From Candidatus Eremiobacteria bacterium (GTDB lineage Bacteria > Vulcanimicrobiota > Vulcanimicrobiia > Vulcanimicrobiales > Vulcanimicrobiaceae), in the NCBI GenBank assembly GCA_963758295.1, contig CAVWUU010000006.1, positions 1-64,000 on the forward strand: a DNA stretch of 64,000 nucleotides, read 5' to 3'. A program made the position numbers and the translations under genes. The notes below the pieces were generated by a model that did no database searches, was not told the origin of the DNA, and saw only the letters and a program-made list of their open reading frames with translations. Positions 51,690-63,867 of the stretch are shown piece by piece. Each line of letters opens with the position of its first letter. The stretch's first letter is position 1.

Positions 51690-51697
<8 letters not shown>
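51005..51697 (-). CDS. Isoprenylcysteine carboxyl methyltransferase/PEMT-like membrane protein
   Basis: L-x-x-x-GPF-x-x-x-R-x-PLYLG, E-x-x-x-L-x-x-x-FG, Y-x-x-x-VP-x-x-x-P. Confidence 0.85.
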
Positions 51698-53526
<1,829 letters not shown>

Positions 53527-53555
<29 letters not shown>

Positions 53556-54366
53556 GCGTTTCGAACGCGAATCGATAACCCTCGGCTTGCGTGCGTTGCG
53601 GAATGACGCGCTGGCCGGTGAGCAAAATGTCCGCGCCCTCCCCAAGCATCAAGCGAAGCGCAAAGGTCGGGGTCGGCAGCACGGTGGGGCGGTGAACCGC
53701 CTCGCCGAGCGCGCGCGTAAATTGTTCGTTGGTGACCGGGTTCGGCGCGGTGGCGTTCAGGACGCCGCTCGTGCCACTCAACGCCAGCAGATAGATGCCG
53801 ACGACGTCGTCAATGTGCACCCACGAAATCCACTGGCGCCCGTTACCCACGATGCCGCCGGCGCCCATTTTAAATGGCGGCAGCATTTGGGCGAGCGCGC
53901 CGCCGTCATGGCCGAGCGCCACGCCGGTGCGTACGATACTCACGCGCATACCGTGCTCCGCAGCGCGACTCGCTTCGCGCTCCCATCCCTCACACACGTG
54001 CGCTAGAAAGTTGCCGCCTGCCGGACTCGATTCCGTAAACGTCTCGGTTTCGCTCGTGCCGTAGTACCCGACCGCCGAGGAAGAGATGTACGCGGTGGGA
54101 CGGTCGTCCGCCGCGCCGAGCTCCGCAATGAAGGCGCGCGGCAGATCGACGCGCGAGCTCACGATGCGGTCTTTCACCGCCGCGTTCCAACGCTGGCCGA
54201 TCGGTTCGCCGGCAAGGTTGACGACCGCGTCCGCACCGGCGCACGCCGCTGCTGCAGCGCGCGGATCGCGAAGAGAGGTTTCCAATACGGTGTCGCCTCG
54301 ATCGCGCAGAGCGGCGCTGAGATGCCGCCCGATGAATCCCGAGGCGCCGGCAATCGCAACGCGCAT
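53527..54366 (-). CDS. TIGR01777/YfcH-family NAD-dependent epimerase
   Basis: GASGFIG, VNLAGE, SAVGYYG, FLA-x-VC-x-x-WE, GRQW-x-SWVH, GQRV-x-P. Confidence 0.92.
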
Positions 54367-54373
54367 GGCTTGT

Positions 54374-55693
54374 CTAATGAACGGCGGCGCGCGCCGCGGA
54401 ACCGACGATCCGTTCGAGCTCGTCGATCTGCTTCGGAATGGCTGCGGTTAGATTCTCGTGGCCGCCGGCCGTGACCACCAAGTCGTCTTCGATGCGAACG
54501 CCGATTCCTTTGAAGCGTTCGTCGCAATCAAGATCGCGATGCACGTAAATTCCCGGTTCAACGGTAATCGCCATGCCGGCAACAAACAGGACCGGATCGT
54601 CGTTTCGATCGCGGTAGCCGCCGACGTCGTGCACGTCTAACCCGAGCCAATGACCCGTCCCATGCATGTAAAAATCGCGGTACGTTTCGCGTTCGAGATT
54701 CTCGTCGCTTGTGCCGTGCAGCAATCCCACGTCGATCAGGCCGTCGATGATGGTACGCACCGCTGCCTGATGGAAGCCGGTTTGCGGTTTTCCCGGCCGG
54801 ACTTCCTCGAACGCGGCCTCTTGCGCCGCGAGTACAATTTCATAAATAGCGCGCTGTTCTGCCGTAAACGATCCGTTGACCGGCCACGTGCGCGTTACGT
54901 CGCTCGCGTAGTAATCCAGTTCGCAACCTGAGTCCACGAGGACGAGATCACCGTCCTTCAACCGATCGCGATTGCTCGTGTAATGGAGGATCGTAGCGTT
55001 GTCGCCGCTGCCTACAATGGACTCATACGCTTCACGTTGCGCACCCGCGCGCCGGTATTCGTGCTCGATCGCCGCCTCGATCTCGTATTCGAAAATGCCG
55101 GGTCGCGTAAGACGCATACCGGCGATGTGGCCGGCGCCGGTGATTTCCGCGGCGCGACGCATGGTCGCGATTTCTTCGGGCGATTTGATAAGACGCATAG
55201 GGTGCAAGACGGTCTGCGGGCGCGACACCGACTCGGGCGCAAGGCCTTTGCGCCGCGACAGCGATCGCGCGCCTTCCAATGCGTTGAGTACAGCACGATC
55301 TGTGCCGGCGTCAGTTCCGAGCTCATACCAGAGCGTGGCGGCGCCGGTCAAATATTCCGGAAGCCGGCGTTCCAGCTCCGCAATGGGATACGCTTCGTCC
55401 ACGCCAAGCGCCTCAACGGCCCGTTCCACGCCAACGCGCTTGCCGTTCCAGATCTCTTGCGAGCGATCGCGCTCGCGAAGAAAAAGAATCGAACGTGCTC
55501 GACCGTCTTGCGCTGCAAGCACCAGCACGGCATCGGGTTCGTCGAACCCGGTCAAATAGAAGAAGTCGGTGTTCTGGTGGAATTCGTATTCGGTGTCACT
55601 GTTTCGCAGAATCGTCTTTGCGGATGGAATCACTGCGACACCGCCGGCGAAGCCTTCCAGCGCACGCTTGCGTCGTTCGTCGAACGGTTTCAT
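54374..55693 (-). CDS. pepP: Xaa-Pro aminopeptidase
   Basis: F-x-YLTG, R-x-IKS-x-x-E, LHY, D-x-G...Y-x-SD-x-TR, H-x-x-GH-x-LGLDVHD, EPG, RIEDD. Confidence 0.95.
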   Translation of the reverse strand: MKPFDERRKRALEGFAGGVAVIPSAKTILRNSDTEYEFHQNTDFFYLTGFDEPDAVLVLAAQDGRARSILFLRERDRSQEIWNGKRVGVERAVEALGVDEAYPIAELERRLPEYLTGAATLWYELGTDAGTDRAVLNALEGARSLSRRKGLAPESVSRPQTVLHPMRLIKSPEEIATMRRAAEITGAGHIAGMRLTRPGIFEYEIEAAIEHEYRRAGAQREAYESIVGSGDNATILHYTSNRDRLKDGDLVLVDSGCELDYYASDVTRTWPVNGSFTAEQRAIYEIVLAAQEAAFEEVRPGKPQTGFHQAAVRTIIDGLIDVGLLHGTSDENLERETYRDFYMHGTGHWLGLDVHDVGGYRDRNDDPVLFVAGMAITVEPGIYVHRDLDCDERFKGIGVRIEDDLVVTAGGHENLTAAIPKQIDELERIVGSAARAAVH

Positions 55694-57498
55694 ACTCGTT
55701 GCGCGTTCGCGATTTCACTCGAGATGTCATCGAGTTCGTGAACCGCCCGCCCAACGGCCGCAGAAATTGCCGCTTTGTTGTGCGAGGTTAACGCTTTGCT
55801 AAGATCCGGGAAGGCCACCGCTGCATAGCCGTCGCGCCCGTAGAAAAATTTGTTCAAACGTTGCGCGATCCGGATTTCTCTATTGCCGTCGATTCCTCGC
55901 CGTTCGGCGATGGCGACCCGCGACGAAAAACGATCGATTGCGCGTTCTACCGGATCGACGTCGTTTACGTTTCCTTGCGCAATGTCTCGCAGCGCGGCGC
56001 GCATTCGCGCAGTGTAAGCGGAGAGCTGATATGGAACGGTTCCGCTCGCGAGCCGCATGGTCATCACGGCGACGAGCTGCGCGAGCGCTCGATGATTTAC
56101 GAATCCGGGATCGGCTTGCGTCGTTGCGTAAAGCAAGTCGTCGAAGCCCGAGTGATACACGCCGAACGGCCCTTCGAAGCCCACTTCGATCGTGGGAATG
56201 CCGAGGTCGTAAAGAAACGCTTCGAAGTCCGAACCGCCGCCCGGACCTTCGACCTGTACGCCGCCGCGCTGCGCGCGCCAGCGTTCGTAGAGCGTGCGAC
56301 GCTCTTCACGAGGATCGCGAATTGCTTGCGTTGCGGGGCCGATAAGATGTTCCAGTGGAGCGGCAGCGGTTGCGCCAAAGAGTTGGCCGGTCGCATCTTC
56401 GTCTTCGTTGATGTACGCGATGCAGCCGTTCTGCAATGCGCCTTCGTGCATGCGCACGTACGCCTCCGAGCCGGCTTCGCCGATCTCTTCGCCGTCGAAG
56501 CCGACGATCACGATCGAAAACTGCGGGCGCCAGCCGCTGCGATACAAATAGCCGAGCGCACGCGCCGCTTCGAGCACGGTCGTTACGCCGGCTCCGTTAT
56601 CTGTAACCCCGTAAACCCATGCGTCGCGATGCGCTCCCACGACGACCATATGGGTCGGATCGTTTCCCGTGAGGACGCCGACGGTATTCCAGAGCGGTTC
56701 ATGTTGGATCGTTTCGTCGACATGGAGCCGCGCCGGTACGTCGGTGATCCCGTTGCGCATGGCGCCAATCAAGCGCTGCGCGTTCGTCGTGGTGATCGGA
56801 AGAGTTGGAATCGTCAATCGCGGCGTGCCGACGCTCCCTCGTTGCACCGCGCCCAGCGGCCGGTAAGGACCCTTTGGAAACGCGGGCCCATGAAGCGAGC
56901 CGTCGCGATCGGCCGGATCCGAGAAGAAGAGGACGCCGCTTGCACCGTAGCCCTGCGCGCGTCGCGCGAGCAAGCCGCGGAACTGGCGTCCGTAGCGAAT
57001 CAAGACGATGCGCGTACGCACGTCGATGCCCCGTGCCCCGAGCGCGCGATAGTCGGCTTCGAGTCCATGGCCGGCGTCGATGACCGGTGCCGATGCGGTG
57101 CCGCTGCCGCTCCATGCGTTGAACGGAATGCCCGTGCCTTTGCGCGTGCCGTCCGGATCCTCGGGAATAGGCGTTTCTCGAAGATCGAAATCGATGCGCG
57201 GCTTGGTTAGCAGCGATAGTTGCGCTTTGCGCAGCATCGGCACGTCGCTTTGAAAACTTTCGATCGCCGCGTCGAATCCGTCTTGCGAGAGCTCGTCGCG
57301 CATCCATTGCGCGATATGCTGATCGCCCGGCGTGCCGGCGTAGTGCGATTCCTGATTCAGACGCGTCGCGTCTTGCATTGCGGCCGAAACGGCCGGCACG
57401 TCAATGAGATACTGTTCGGAGGCTCGCTGATCCGCGCGCAGCGTTGCGGTGCCGGCCGCAAAGAACCCGGCGCAGACTAGGGCGGCAATGCGTCTCAT
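55690..57498 (-). CDS. M28-family peptidase with PA domain (glutamate carboxypeptidase II-like)
   Basis: Signal peptide; H-x-AG, RYG-x-x-FRG, SDP, VQRGS, GAHRDAW, DN-x-x-G, DGEE, GSD, YHS. Confidence 0.88.
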   Translation of the reverse strand: MRRIAALVCAGFFAAGTATLRADQRASEQYLIDVPAVSAAMQDATRLNQESHYAGTPGDQHIAQWMRDELSQDGFDAAIESFQSDVPMLRKAQLSLLTKPRIDFDLRETPIPEDPDGTRKGTGIPFNAWSGSGTASAPVIDAGHGLEADYRALGARGIDVRTRIVLIRYGRQFRGLLARRAQGYGASGVLFFSDPADRDGSLHGPAFPKGPYRPLGAVQRGSVGTPRLTIPTLPITTTNAQRLIGAMRNGITDVPARLHVDETIQHEPLWNTVGVLTGNDPTHMVVVGAHRDAWVYGVTDNGAGVTTVLEAARALGYLYRSGWRPQFSIVIVGFDGEEIGEAGSEAYVRMHEGALQNGCIAYINEDEDATGQLFGATAAAPLEHLIGPATQAIRDPREERRTLYERWRAQRGGVQVEGPGGGSDFEAFLYDLGIPTIEVGFEGPFGVYHSGFDDLLYATTQADPGFVNHRALAQLVAVMTMRLASGTVPYQLSAYTARMRAALRDIAQGNVNDVDPVERAIDRFSSRVAIAERRGIDGNREIRIAQRLNKFFYGRDGYAAVAFPDLSKALTSHNKAAISAAVGRAVHELDDISSEIANAQRV

Positions 57499-57528
57499 GC
57501 CGGTGAGTTCGCGCCGTCCGCAGGGGCA

Positions 57529-58593
57529 TCATTTTATCGCGCGGAGTAAGGCGCGTGCATCGCGATCCAGCCGCTGGCCCGCGATCTTCGGATGGCTCAA
57601 ATAGAATAGCGTCATAATGCGCAGGACGTAACGATGGTGCGGCGGATTCGGCATCGCCTCGAATGCCGTCCGGGCCGAAGCTGCCAAAAACGACGCGCGC
57701 TCGCGTAAGGCTTTGGCGCCGCCGTAAACAACCGCGAAATTCAGTTCGCCGTGGTGCCGGTCTTCGGCTTGATCGATGAACGAGTCGAGAAGCACGTGAA
57801 GAGCGGAAACGTATGGGAAGTAGGCCGCATAGGCCTTTTCGATAGCTTCCGGTTTGCCGGCAAAGGCGGCATAGAGCGGACCGTAGACTTGAAATTGCGA
57901 TCCCGCGGCGCACGCAAATTCGTGCCAGTCCAAATCGGTGAAGCCGTCGCGATTGCGCTCGTACCACTCGACGCAGGCGATCTCGCGTTCTCCCGGTCGA
58001 AGATGCACGAACGTCTGCATGTCGCTATAGAACGCGGCCGCTTCCGCGAAGAACGGCTTTAGGAGCGCAATCGAAGGCGTTTCGCGGAGTGCCGTCTGCG
58101 TTTGCCGGACGAGGCTTCGCAGGTAGCCGCCGTCGTCGCCTTCCGGGCCGAGAGCATAGTAATCGCGAGGCTCTGCTTCAACGTCGAGGGCATCGGCGAT
58201 GGCTTGATGCAGCACCGGATACGCAGCTGCATCGACTTCGGGATGACGATCGCAAAGATTGTCGAGGTAATCATAAATCGTTTCCAACGGCGCTACGACG
58301 TCGACATACTGTTGCGCAAGTTCCGCAGGTAAGAACGTGGCGAGAATCGCTGCGCCGGCGACGTGATAGGACTTTCCGTCGACGCTTGCCAGAGCTTCTT
58401 TTCGCAGCAGCGGATCGGGAATCTGGGCGGCACGCTCGCGGATTTCGCGCAGCCGTTTTGCGGCCATCGGCACGACTCGCCGCAAGAACGCCGCCGTGTG
58501 CGCCAGAGCGCTCGGGCCGTCGGCAAGGAGAAACCGCAACCGTTCGGGGCTCGCGGTAACAAGCCGCAGCACGGGGGCGATGTCGCGAAACAA
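57529..58593 (-). CDS. DUF2600/YtpB-like terpene cyclase (tetraprenyl-beta-curcumene synthase family)
   Basis: IP-x-x-x-LR-x-x-ALAS, TI-x-DYLDNLCDR, D-x-GYL-x-x-LV, W-x-EF-x-x-A-x-GS, YFP-x-x-x-x-LH-x-LLD-x-FID-x-x-ED-x-x-x-G-x-LNF. Confidence 0.85.
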   Translation of the reverse strand: MFRDIAPVLRLVTASPERLRFLLADGPSALAHTAAFLRRVVPMAAKRLREIRERAAQIPDPLLRKEALASVDGKSYHVAGAAILATFLPAELAQQYVDVVAPLETIYDYLDNLCDRHPEVDAAAYPVLHQAIADALDVEAEPRDYYALGPEGDDGGYLRSLVRQTQTALRETPSIALLKPFFAEAAAFYSDMQTFVHLRPGEREIACVEWYERNRDGFTDLDWHEFACAAGSQFQVYGPLYAAFAGKPEAIEKAYAAYFPYVSALHVLLDSFIDQAEDRHHGELNFAVVYGGAKALRERASFLAASARTAFEAMPNPPHHRYVLRIMTLFYLSHPKIAGQRLDRDARALLRAIK

Positions 58594-59787
58594 TTACAAG
58601 CCGCCGACGAAACGGCCCGCATTCAGCGTGCCCTTGGGGTCGAAGCGCTCTTTGAGTTCGCGCATTCGCTCGAAGGCGGGCGGCAGTTCGCCCCACACGC
58701 GCAGGACTCCGCGTTTGGGATGATTACCCGCGATAATGATGGCACCGGGCTGTTCGTCGTGCAGCGCGTCGTCGAACATCTCGATCTTCGCGCCAAGCGC
58801 GTGGGAATCGAGATCGCTTACGCGCAGGATCGCATCGCCGTTCATAGCGTCGATCAACCTGTCGCAGCGTAATTCAAAACGTTCGGCAATCGCGTTCAGA
58901 CCCGCTAATGCCGTCTCGGCCTCGTCCACCGGCGTTGCTAAGCGGTACGTGATGGATCGTTCCCCGACGTTCGCCACGTAGGCGTCCACGGCGCGTTCGA
59001 ACGACTCTCGCGCTCCGGCATCGATTATGCGAGTCTCCGGGACGCCGGCGCGGCCCAGTGCCGAACGCAAATCGCGTGTCGCGCGTTCGAGTAATTCGCT
59101 GCTTCCCTCGAGCAAAATGACCATGCGGCCATCCGCGCCGTCTTCGCCGTCGACAGCCCCGCGGAAGCCGTCCATCCATAAGGCAGCCGACGGCGGCACC
59201 GGGAGATTGCGCATCTGCGCGATAGCGCGGGAGCGCGTGCCTTCCGGCAAACGCGCGAGAAACACGCGCGCTTCGGGCGGAAGCGCAATGGTTTTCAAAT
59301 TAGCCTGAACGAGCACGCAGAGCGTGCCGAACGAGCCGACGTAAAGACGGCTCATGTCGTATCCCGAGACGTTTTTCACGACCATTCCGCCGGCGTGCGC
59401 GATCGTGCCGTCGGCAAGCACCACAGTGGTTCCAAGCAGAAAATCACGTGGCCGTCCGTAGAGATGGCGGCGGGGGCCGAGCCAACCCGCGGCGAGCGTT
59501 CCGCCGACGGTTGCATCCGCGGAACACGGCGCATCGAAGGGAACTTGCGTTCCGTGGCGGCCCAGCACGTTTGCAAGCGTGCGAAGCGTAACGCCGCTCT
59601 GCGCGGCAATCGTCAAGTCGGACGGTGCATCTTCGACCACGGCATTTAGGCTCAGCGTTGAAAGCTTTTCCGCATCCTGGTCCGGTGGAAGGCCCATACC
59701 GGCCAGCGTATTTCCGCCCGCCACGGCGATTTGCCGCCCGTCGCGATTTGCCGCGGCGACGGCTTGGGCAAGCGTCTCTACCGTCAT
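58594..59787 (-). CDS. glcE: GlcE-like FAD-binding oxidoreductase subunit
   Basis: DLT, T-x-GG, GPRR-x-x-YG-x-x-RD, GG-x-VVKNV-x-GYD, GSFGTL, FDP-x-G-x-LN-x-GR. Confidence 0.85.
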   Translation of the reverse strand: MTVETLAQAVAAANRDGRQIAVAGGNTLAGMGLPPDQDAEKLSTLSLNAVVEDAPSDLTIAAQSGVTLRTLANVLGRHGTQVPFDAPCSADATVGGTLAAGWLGPRRHLYGRPRDFLLGTTVVLADGTIAHAGGMVVKNVSGYDMSRLYVGSFGTLCVLVQANLKTIALPPEARVFLARLPEGTRSRAIAQMRNLPVPPSAALWMDGFRGAVDGEDGADGRMVILLEGSSELLERATRDLRSALGRAGVPETRIIDAGARESFERAVDAYVANVGERSITYRLATPVDEAETALAGLNAIAERFELRCDRLIDAMNGDAILRVSDLDSHALGAKIEMFDDALHDEQPGAIIIAGNHPKRGVLRVWGELPPAFERMRELKERFDPKGTLNAGRFVGGL

Positions 59788-61163
59788 CGCACTTCGGCGC
59801 AGCGAGCGCCGCTCGGGAAAATCTTTTCCGGATTAAGCACCTTTCGCGGATCGAAAACGTCGCGTACGCGCGCCATTGTGGCCAAATCTTCGGTCGAATA
59901 AATCTTCGTCATCGCGTCGCGCTTCTCGTACCCAATTCCGTGCTCGCCGCTCACCGTGCCGCCAAGACGCACCGCGGTTTCGAGGATGGCATTTCCCGAT
60001 TCGATGACCGCCGCAACTTGGCGCGGGTCGCGCTTGTCGTAGGCGAGCATCGGATGCAGATTTCCGTCGCCTGCATGAAAAACGTTGCCGACGGTAAGGT
60101 CGTATTCGCGCGCAATCTCTTCGACCGCGTGCAGCGCTTTGGGCAAGGTGCTGCGGCGGACGCAAACGTCTTGCATGTAGTAATTTGGTGCAATGCGTCC
60201 CATGGCGCCGGCTGCGCCCTTGCGCCCCGCCCACAATGCGTCGCGTTCCGCCTCCGTGCGCGCGCTGCGCCACGTGAGCGCGCCGTGCTGCCGAACGATC
60301 CGCGAAAGATCGGCTTCGTAGCGGTTCATGTCTTCTTCGAATCCCGCGCTTTCGATCAACAACACGGCACCGGCATCGGTTGGGTATCCGGCCCGGAAGG
60401 CGTCTTCGACCGCTCGCGCCATCACGGCATCCATCATCTCGAGCGCACTAGGCACGATGCCTTCGGCGATGATCGCTGAAACGGCTTCGGACGCGGATTC
60501 AACGTCGCTGAACGTTGCAAGCCATACGCGAACCGCTTCAGGCGAGCGCATTAAACGTACCCACGCCGAGGTAACGATGCCGAGCGTCCCTTCACTTCCG
60601 ACGAAAGCTGCGGTGAGATCGTACCCCTGCGCGTCGATGCTCGTCGTAAAAACATCGCCGTTAGAGTCGACGATTTCGAGTTCCAAAACGTGATTCACCG
60701 TCGTGCCGTACGAAAGGCAGTGCGGACCGCCCGCGTTCGTGGCGATATTTCCGCCGATCGTCGAGATCTTTTGCGACGACGGATCGGGCGCGTAGAAAAG
60801 GCCGGTGGGCGAGGCGGCTTTCGACAAATCCAGATTGATGACGCCCGGCTGCACGCGCGCGCGTCTCCGAGCCGCGTCTAATTCCAAAATGCGGTTCATG
60901 CGCGCGAACGAAAGCACGACGCCGCCCCTTATGGGAACCGCGCCACCGCACAGACCGGTGCCCGCGCCCCGTGCAATCAGCGGCTCATCGAATTCATTCG
61001 CAATTTTCACGATCGCGCTTACATCGGCGACGCTCGACGGCAACACGACGGCCGCTGGAAGCTGGCCGTCGGTATAGGCATCGAATGAATACACGGCGAG
61101 GTCTTCGGGCGACGCCTTTACGGCTTCCGCACCGAGTGCGTCGCTCAAACGCTCCTGGAGCAC
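59784..61163 (-). CDS. glcD: GlcD-like FAD-linked oxidase (glycolate/D-lactate dehydrogenase)
   Basis: RGAGTGL-x-GGA, PDPSS, NAGGPHC-x-x-YG, GSEGTLG, HAGDGNLHP, GEHGIG, NP-x-K. Confidence 0.92.
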   Translation of the reverse strand: MLQERLSDALGAEAVKASPEDLAVYSFDAYTDGQLPAAVVLPSSVADVSAIVKIANEFDEPLIARGAGTGLCGGAVPIRGGVVLSFARMNRILELDAARRRARVQPGVINLDLSKAASPTGLFYAPDPSSQKISTIGGNIATNAGGPHCLSYGTTVNHVLELEIVDSNGDVFTTSIDAQGYDLTAAFVGSEGTLGIVTSAWVRLMRSPEAVRVWLATFSDVESASEAVSAIIAEGIVPSALEMMDAVMARAVEDAFRAGYPTDAGAVLLIESAGFEEDMNRYEADLSRIVRQHGALTWRSARTEAERDALWAGRKGAAGAMGRIAPNYYMQDVCVRRSTLPKALHAVEEIAREYDLTVGNVFHAGDGNLHPMLAYDKRDPRQVAAVIESGNAILETAVRLGGTVSGEHGIGYEKRDAMTKIYSTEDLATMARVRDVFDPRKVLNPEKIFPSGARCAEVR

Positions 61164-61224
61164 GATTCAGGGATGTTTACGCGAGCAGGAAGCTTAGCCT
61201 GCCCGCGTTAACCGCCGCAGTGCC

Positions 61225-61689
61225 GTGTTTTTCTTCGGGCGTAAGAAGCCGCCACCGCAGCGCAGGGAAAACGCTCAGCCGACTGCCGCACAGAAACGTT
61301 CGTCGTTTCGAATGCCGGTGGAGTTCGACGTGTTCTACACGCTGCACGGCCGCGCGGGTCGCCGCTCCGGCCGCGCCAACGATCTTTCAGCCGGCGGCCT
61401 TCGTCTTTCGACCGACGAGGATTTTCTGCACGAGTCCGTTCTCAATCTCGATTTCCAGCTTCCGTCGGATTTTCTCTCGGAACTCACGGTCGAATTCGAA
61501 CCCGCGCCTTTCGCTCCGATGCACGTTACCGGCGCGGTCCGCTCCGCTTTCTTCGTCCCTTCGACAAAGCGCCTCGCTTACGGCTTACAGTTCCGCGACC
61601 TGGAGGACACCGTTAAAGAAGAACTGGAACGCTTCGTCCACTTATGGCAGGTTCGGCAACTACAACTCCGCCAAGCCGCAAACCGCTAA
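61225..61689 (+). CDS. PilZ-domain c-di-GMP receptor
   Basis: QKRSSFR (RxxxR) and DLSAGG (DxSxxG), G-x-x-F. Confidence 0.85.
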   Translation: MFFFGRKKPPPQRRENAQPTAAQKRSSFRMPVEFDVFYTLHGRAGRRSGRANDLSAGGLRLSTDEDFLHESVLNLDFQLPSDFLSELTVEFEPAPFAPMHVTGAVRSAFFVPSTKRLAYGLQFRDLEDTVKEELERFVHLWQVRQLQLRQAANR

Positions 61690-61775
61690 GCGCTAACATT
61701 GGCGTGGCAAGCAGCTGCACATGCCGTATCCGGAGCTTGCTCGAAGGGCGGCCGCATAACTTTTTTTTGGGGGAG

Positions 61776-63008
61776 TTAGTACAGAAGATACTTGGTTCGC
61801 AGAGCGCGGAAAGCGTCGACCGCCGCGGACCATGGTTCCAAGATGGCCGATGCCGATTTGCCGGCGGTTAAACCCAAGCGAAGCGAATTGGTTCCCCAGT
61901 CGCGATCGAGCGCGGCGGGTTCTTTGATTTGGATGGCATGCGGCGCAATGTCGCGCACGGCCGTAAGGATTTCGACCGCAGTGCGAATCGCGAGAAATGT
62001 GTGCGGATCGAAAACGACGAGTTCCACGCCGCTCAGTTCGCGATCTTTCCAGAATCCCGCAATGGGCGACCAAGACGCCGGCCGGAAATACACGCCCGGC
62101 AGCGAGCGCGCATTCAACCGGTCTGCAAGCGCGTACGAGTCGAGGCCGAGCGCGCCCGCATAAAAAAACGGCTTAGTGAAACCGGTTCCGTTGTTGACTC
62201 CGGCGTTATCGATGAGGCCGGTGCACACGTAAACGAAGGTTGTTTGCCAATCGGGAATATTCGGAGAACTTTGCACCCATTGCAATCGCGTCGACGGCCA
62301 AATCATCGTGCGATCGTAACCGCGCATCGGGATGACGCGTAAATTTGCGCCGATGCCGAAGCGGTCGTTGAAAAGCTTTGCCAGTTCGCCGACGGTCATG
62401 CCGTGCCGCATCGCCATGGGATAGAGTCCGATGAATGATTTGAACGACGGGTCTAGGACCGGTCCTTCGACGATGTCGCCGCCAATCGGATTGGGACGGT
62501 CCAGAATCCAGATCTCTTTGCCGTATTGCTTTGCGCTTTCCATGGCGTACGCCATAGTGCTGATGAACGTATACGCCCGCGAACCAACGTCTTGAATGTC
62601 GAAAATGAGCACGTCGACGCCCTGCAGCATTGCGGCGCTGGGATGGCGCGTCGGTCCATAGAGGCTGTAGACCGGCAGTTGCGTCGCCGGATCGGTGTAC
62701 GACGGTACGTAACTTCCCGCCGGGCGGTCGCCGCGAAAGCCGTGTTCCGGCGCATAGATCGCTTTGAGCCGGATCTGCGAATTGCGGCGCATTGCGTCGA
62801 CGACCGACTGCAGGCGAGATGTGACGCCCGTCTGATTCGTTATGACACCGACGCCGCGGCCTGCGAGTTCACGCCAGGTCTCGTTCAAGAACACTTCGTC
62901 GCCCAGCGTTACGGTCGCTCGCGGCAGCGACGCTGCGTGAAGCGGCCCGCATGCAGCGGCGGTAAATGCGCCGGCACCGGCGCTCGCAAAGAACTGACGG
63001 CGGTTCAT
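61776..63008 (-). CDS. namZ: DUF1343 exo-beta-N-acetylmuramidase NamZ family, Tat-exported
   Basis: NRRQFF Tat signal; TNQTG, PEHG, SLYG, FDIQDVG-x-R-x-YT, LDRPNP, RHGMT-x-GELA, SPNIP. Confidence 0.9.
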   Translation of the reverse strand: MNRRQFFASAGAGAFTAAACGPLHAASLPRATVTLGDEVFLNETWRELAGRGVGVITNQTGVTSRLQSVVDAMRRNSQIRLKAIYAPEHGFRGDRPAGSYVPSYTDPATQLPVYSLYGPTRHPSAAMLQGVDVLIFDIQDVGSRAYTFISTMAYAMESAKQYGKEIWILDRPNPIGGDIVEGPVLDPSFKSFIGLYPMAMRHGMTVGELAKLFNDRFGIGANLRVIPMRGYDRTMIWPSTRLQWVQSSPNIPDWQTTFVYVCTGLIDNAGVNNGTGFTKPFFYAGALGLDSYALADRLNARSLPGVYFRPASWSPIAGFWKDRELSGVELVVFDPHTFLAIRTAVEILTAVRDIAPHAIQIKEPAALDRDWGTNSLRLGLTAGKSASAILEPWSAAVDAFRALRTKYLLY

Positions 63009-63021
63009 ACGCCGTCTTTCG

Positions 63022-63867
63022 CTAGACGAAGCGCGGTTCCGTCGTGGATCCGAGAATGCCGGCGTCGTGAGCGCGCGAGAAGAGCTCGCGGACGGCGGCG
63101 ATTCCGTCTTCGCCGATATCGTCGCTATACTCGTTCACGTAGAGCCCAATGTGCTTGCGCATGACGTCGTCGCTCATCTCGAAGGCATGCTCGCGAACGT
63201 ATGGCATAATGGCCGCCGCGTCACTGCGCGAGAAGGCGAGACTATGCCGAATCGCCGCGCCGATCTCTCGCGCGCGGGCATCGTCGATATCGTTACGCAC
63301 GAGAATGCCGCCGAGCGGAATCGGCATGCCTGAGACCGATTCCCACCAATCGCCTAGGTCGGCGATTTGCACGAGTCCGGAACTCTGATAGGTAAAGCGC
63401 GATTCATGGATGATCAGCCCTGCGTCAACTTCGCCCGAGGCAACGGCCGGGATGATCGAATCGAAACGCATTTGCCTCACATCCGGGCGCCCGCCGAGCG
63501 CGAGTTGCAGCAACATGAATGCGGTGGTGCGTTCGCCCGGAATCGCTATGCGCTTTCCGCGCAAGTCCGAAAGCGAATTCGCGGCCGCCGGGCGCGCGAC
63601 GACGAGCGGTCCGCATCCTCGACCGAGCGCTCCGCCCGAACGAAGAATGCGAAACTTGTCCATGAGGTACGGGATCGCGCCGTAGCTGACTTTCGTCAAC
63701 GCGAATCGTCCCTCGGCCGCGGCATTATTGAGTTCTTCGATATCGGCGAGATGCACGCGCACCCGCGGTGCGTCGGCTAATAACCCGTTCGTCAGCGCCG
63801 CGAAGATGTACGTGTCATTGGGACACGGCGAATACGCGAGCGTATACGCGCCGGTTTCAATCTGCAC
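63022..63867 (-). CDS. mqnD: 1,4-dihydroxy-6-naphthoate synthase (futalosine pathway)
   Basis: YSPCPNDT, D-x-EELN, GALGRGCGP, PG-x-x-TTA, IIHE-x-RFTY, P-x-PLG, HI-x-LYVN; start GTG 63867 inferred. Confidence 0.95.
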   Translation of the reverse strand: MQIETGAYTLAYSPCPNDTYIFAALTNGLLADAPRVRVHLADIEELNNAAAEGRFALTKVSYGAIPYLMDKFRILRSGGALGRGCGPLVVARPAAANSLSDLRGKRIAIPGERTTAFMLLQLALGGRPDVRQMRFDSIIPAVASGEVDAGLIIHESRFTYQSSGLVQIADLGDWWESVSGMPIPLGGILVRNDIDDARAREIGAAIRHSLAFSRSDAAAIMPYVREHAFEMSDDVMRKHIGLYVNEYSDDIGEDGIAAVRELFSRAHDAGILGSTTEPRFV

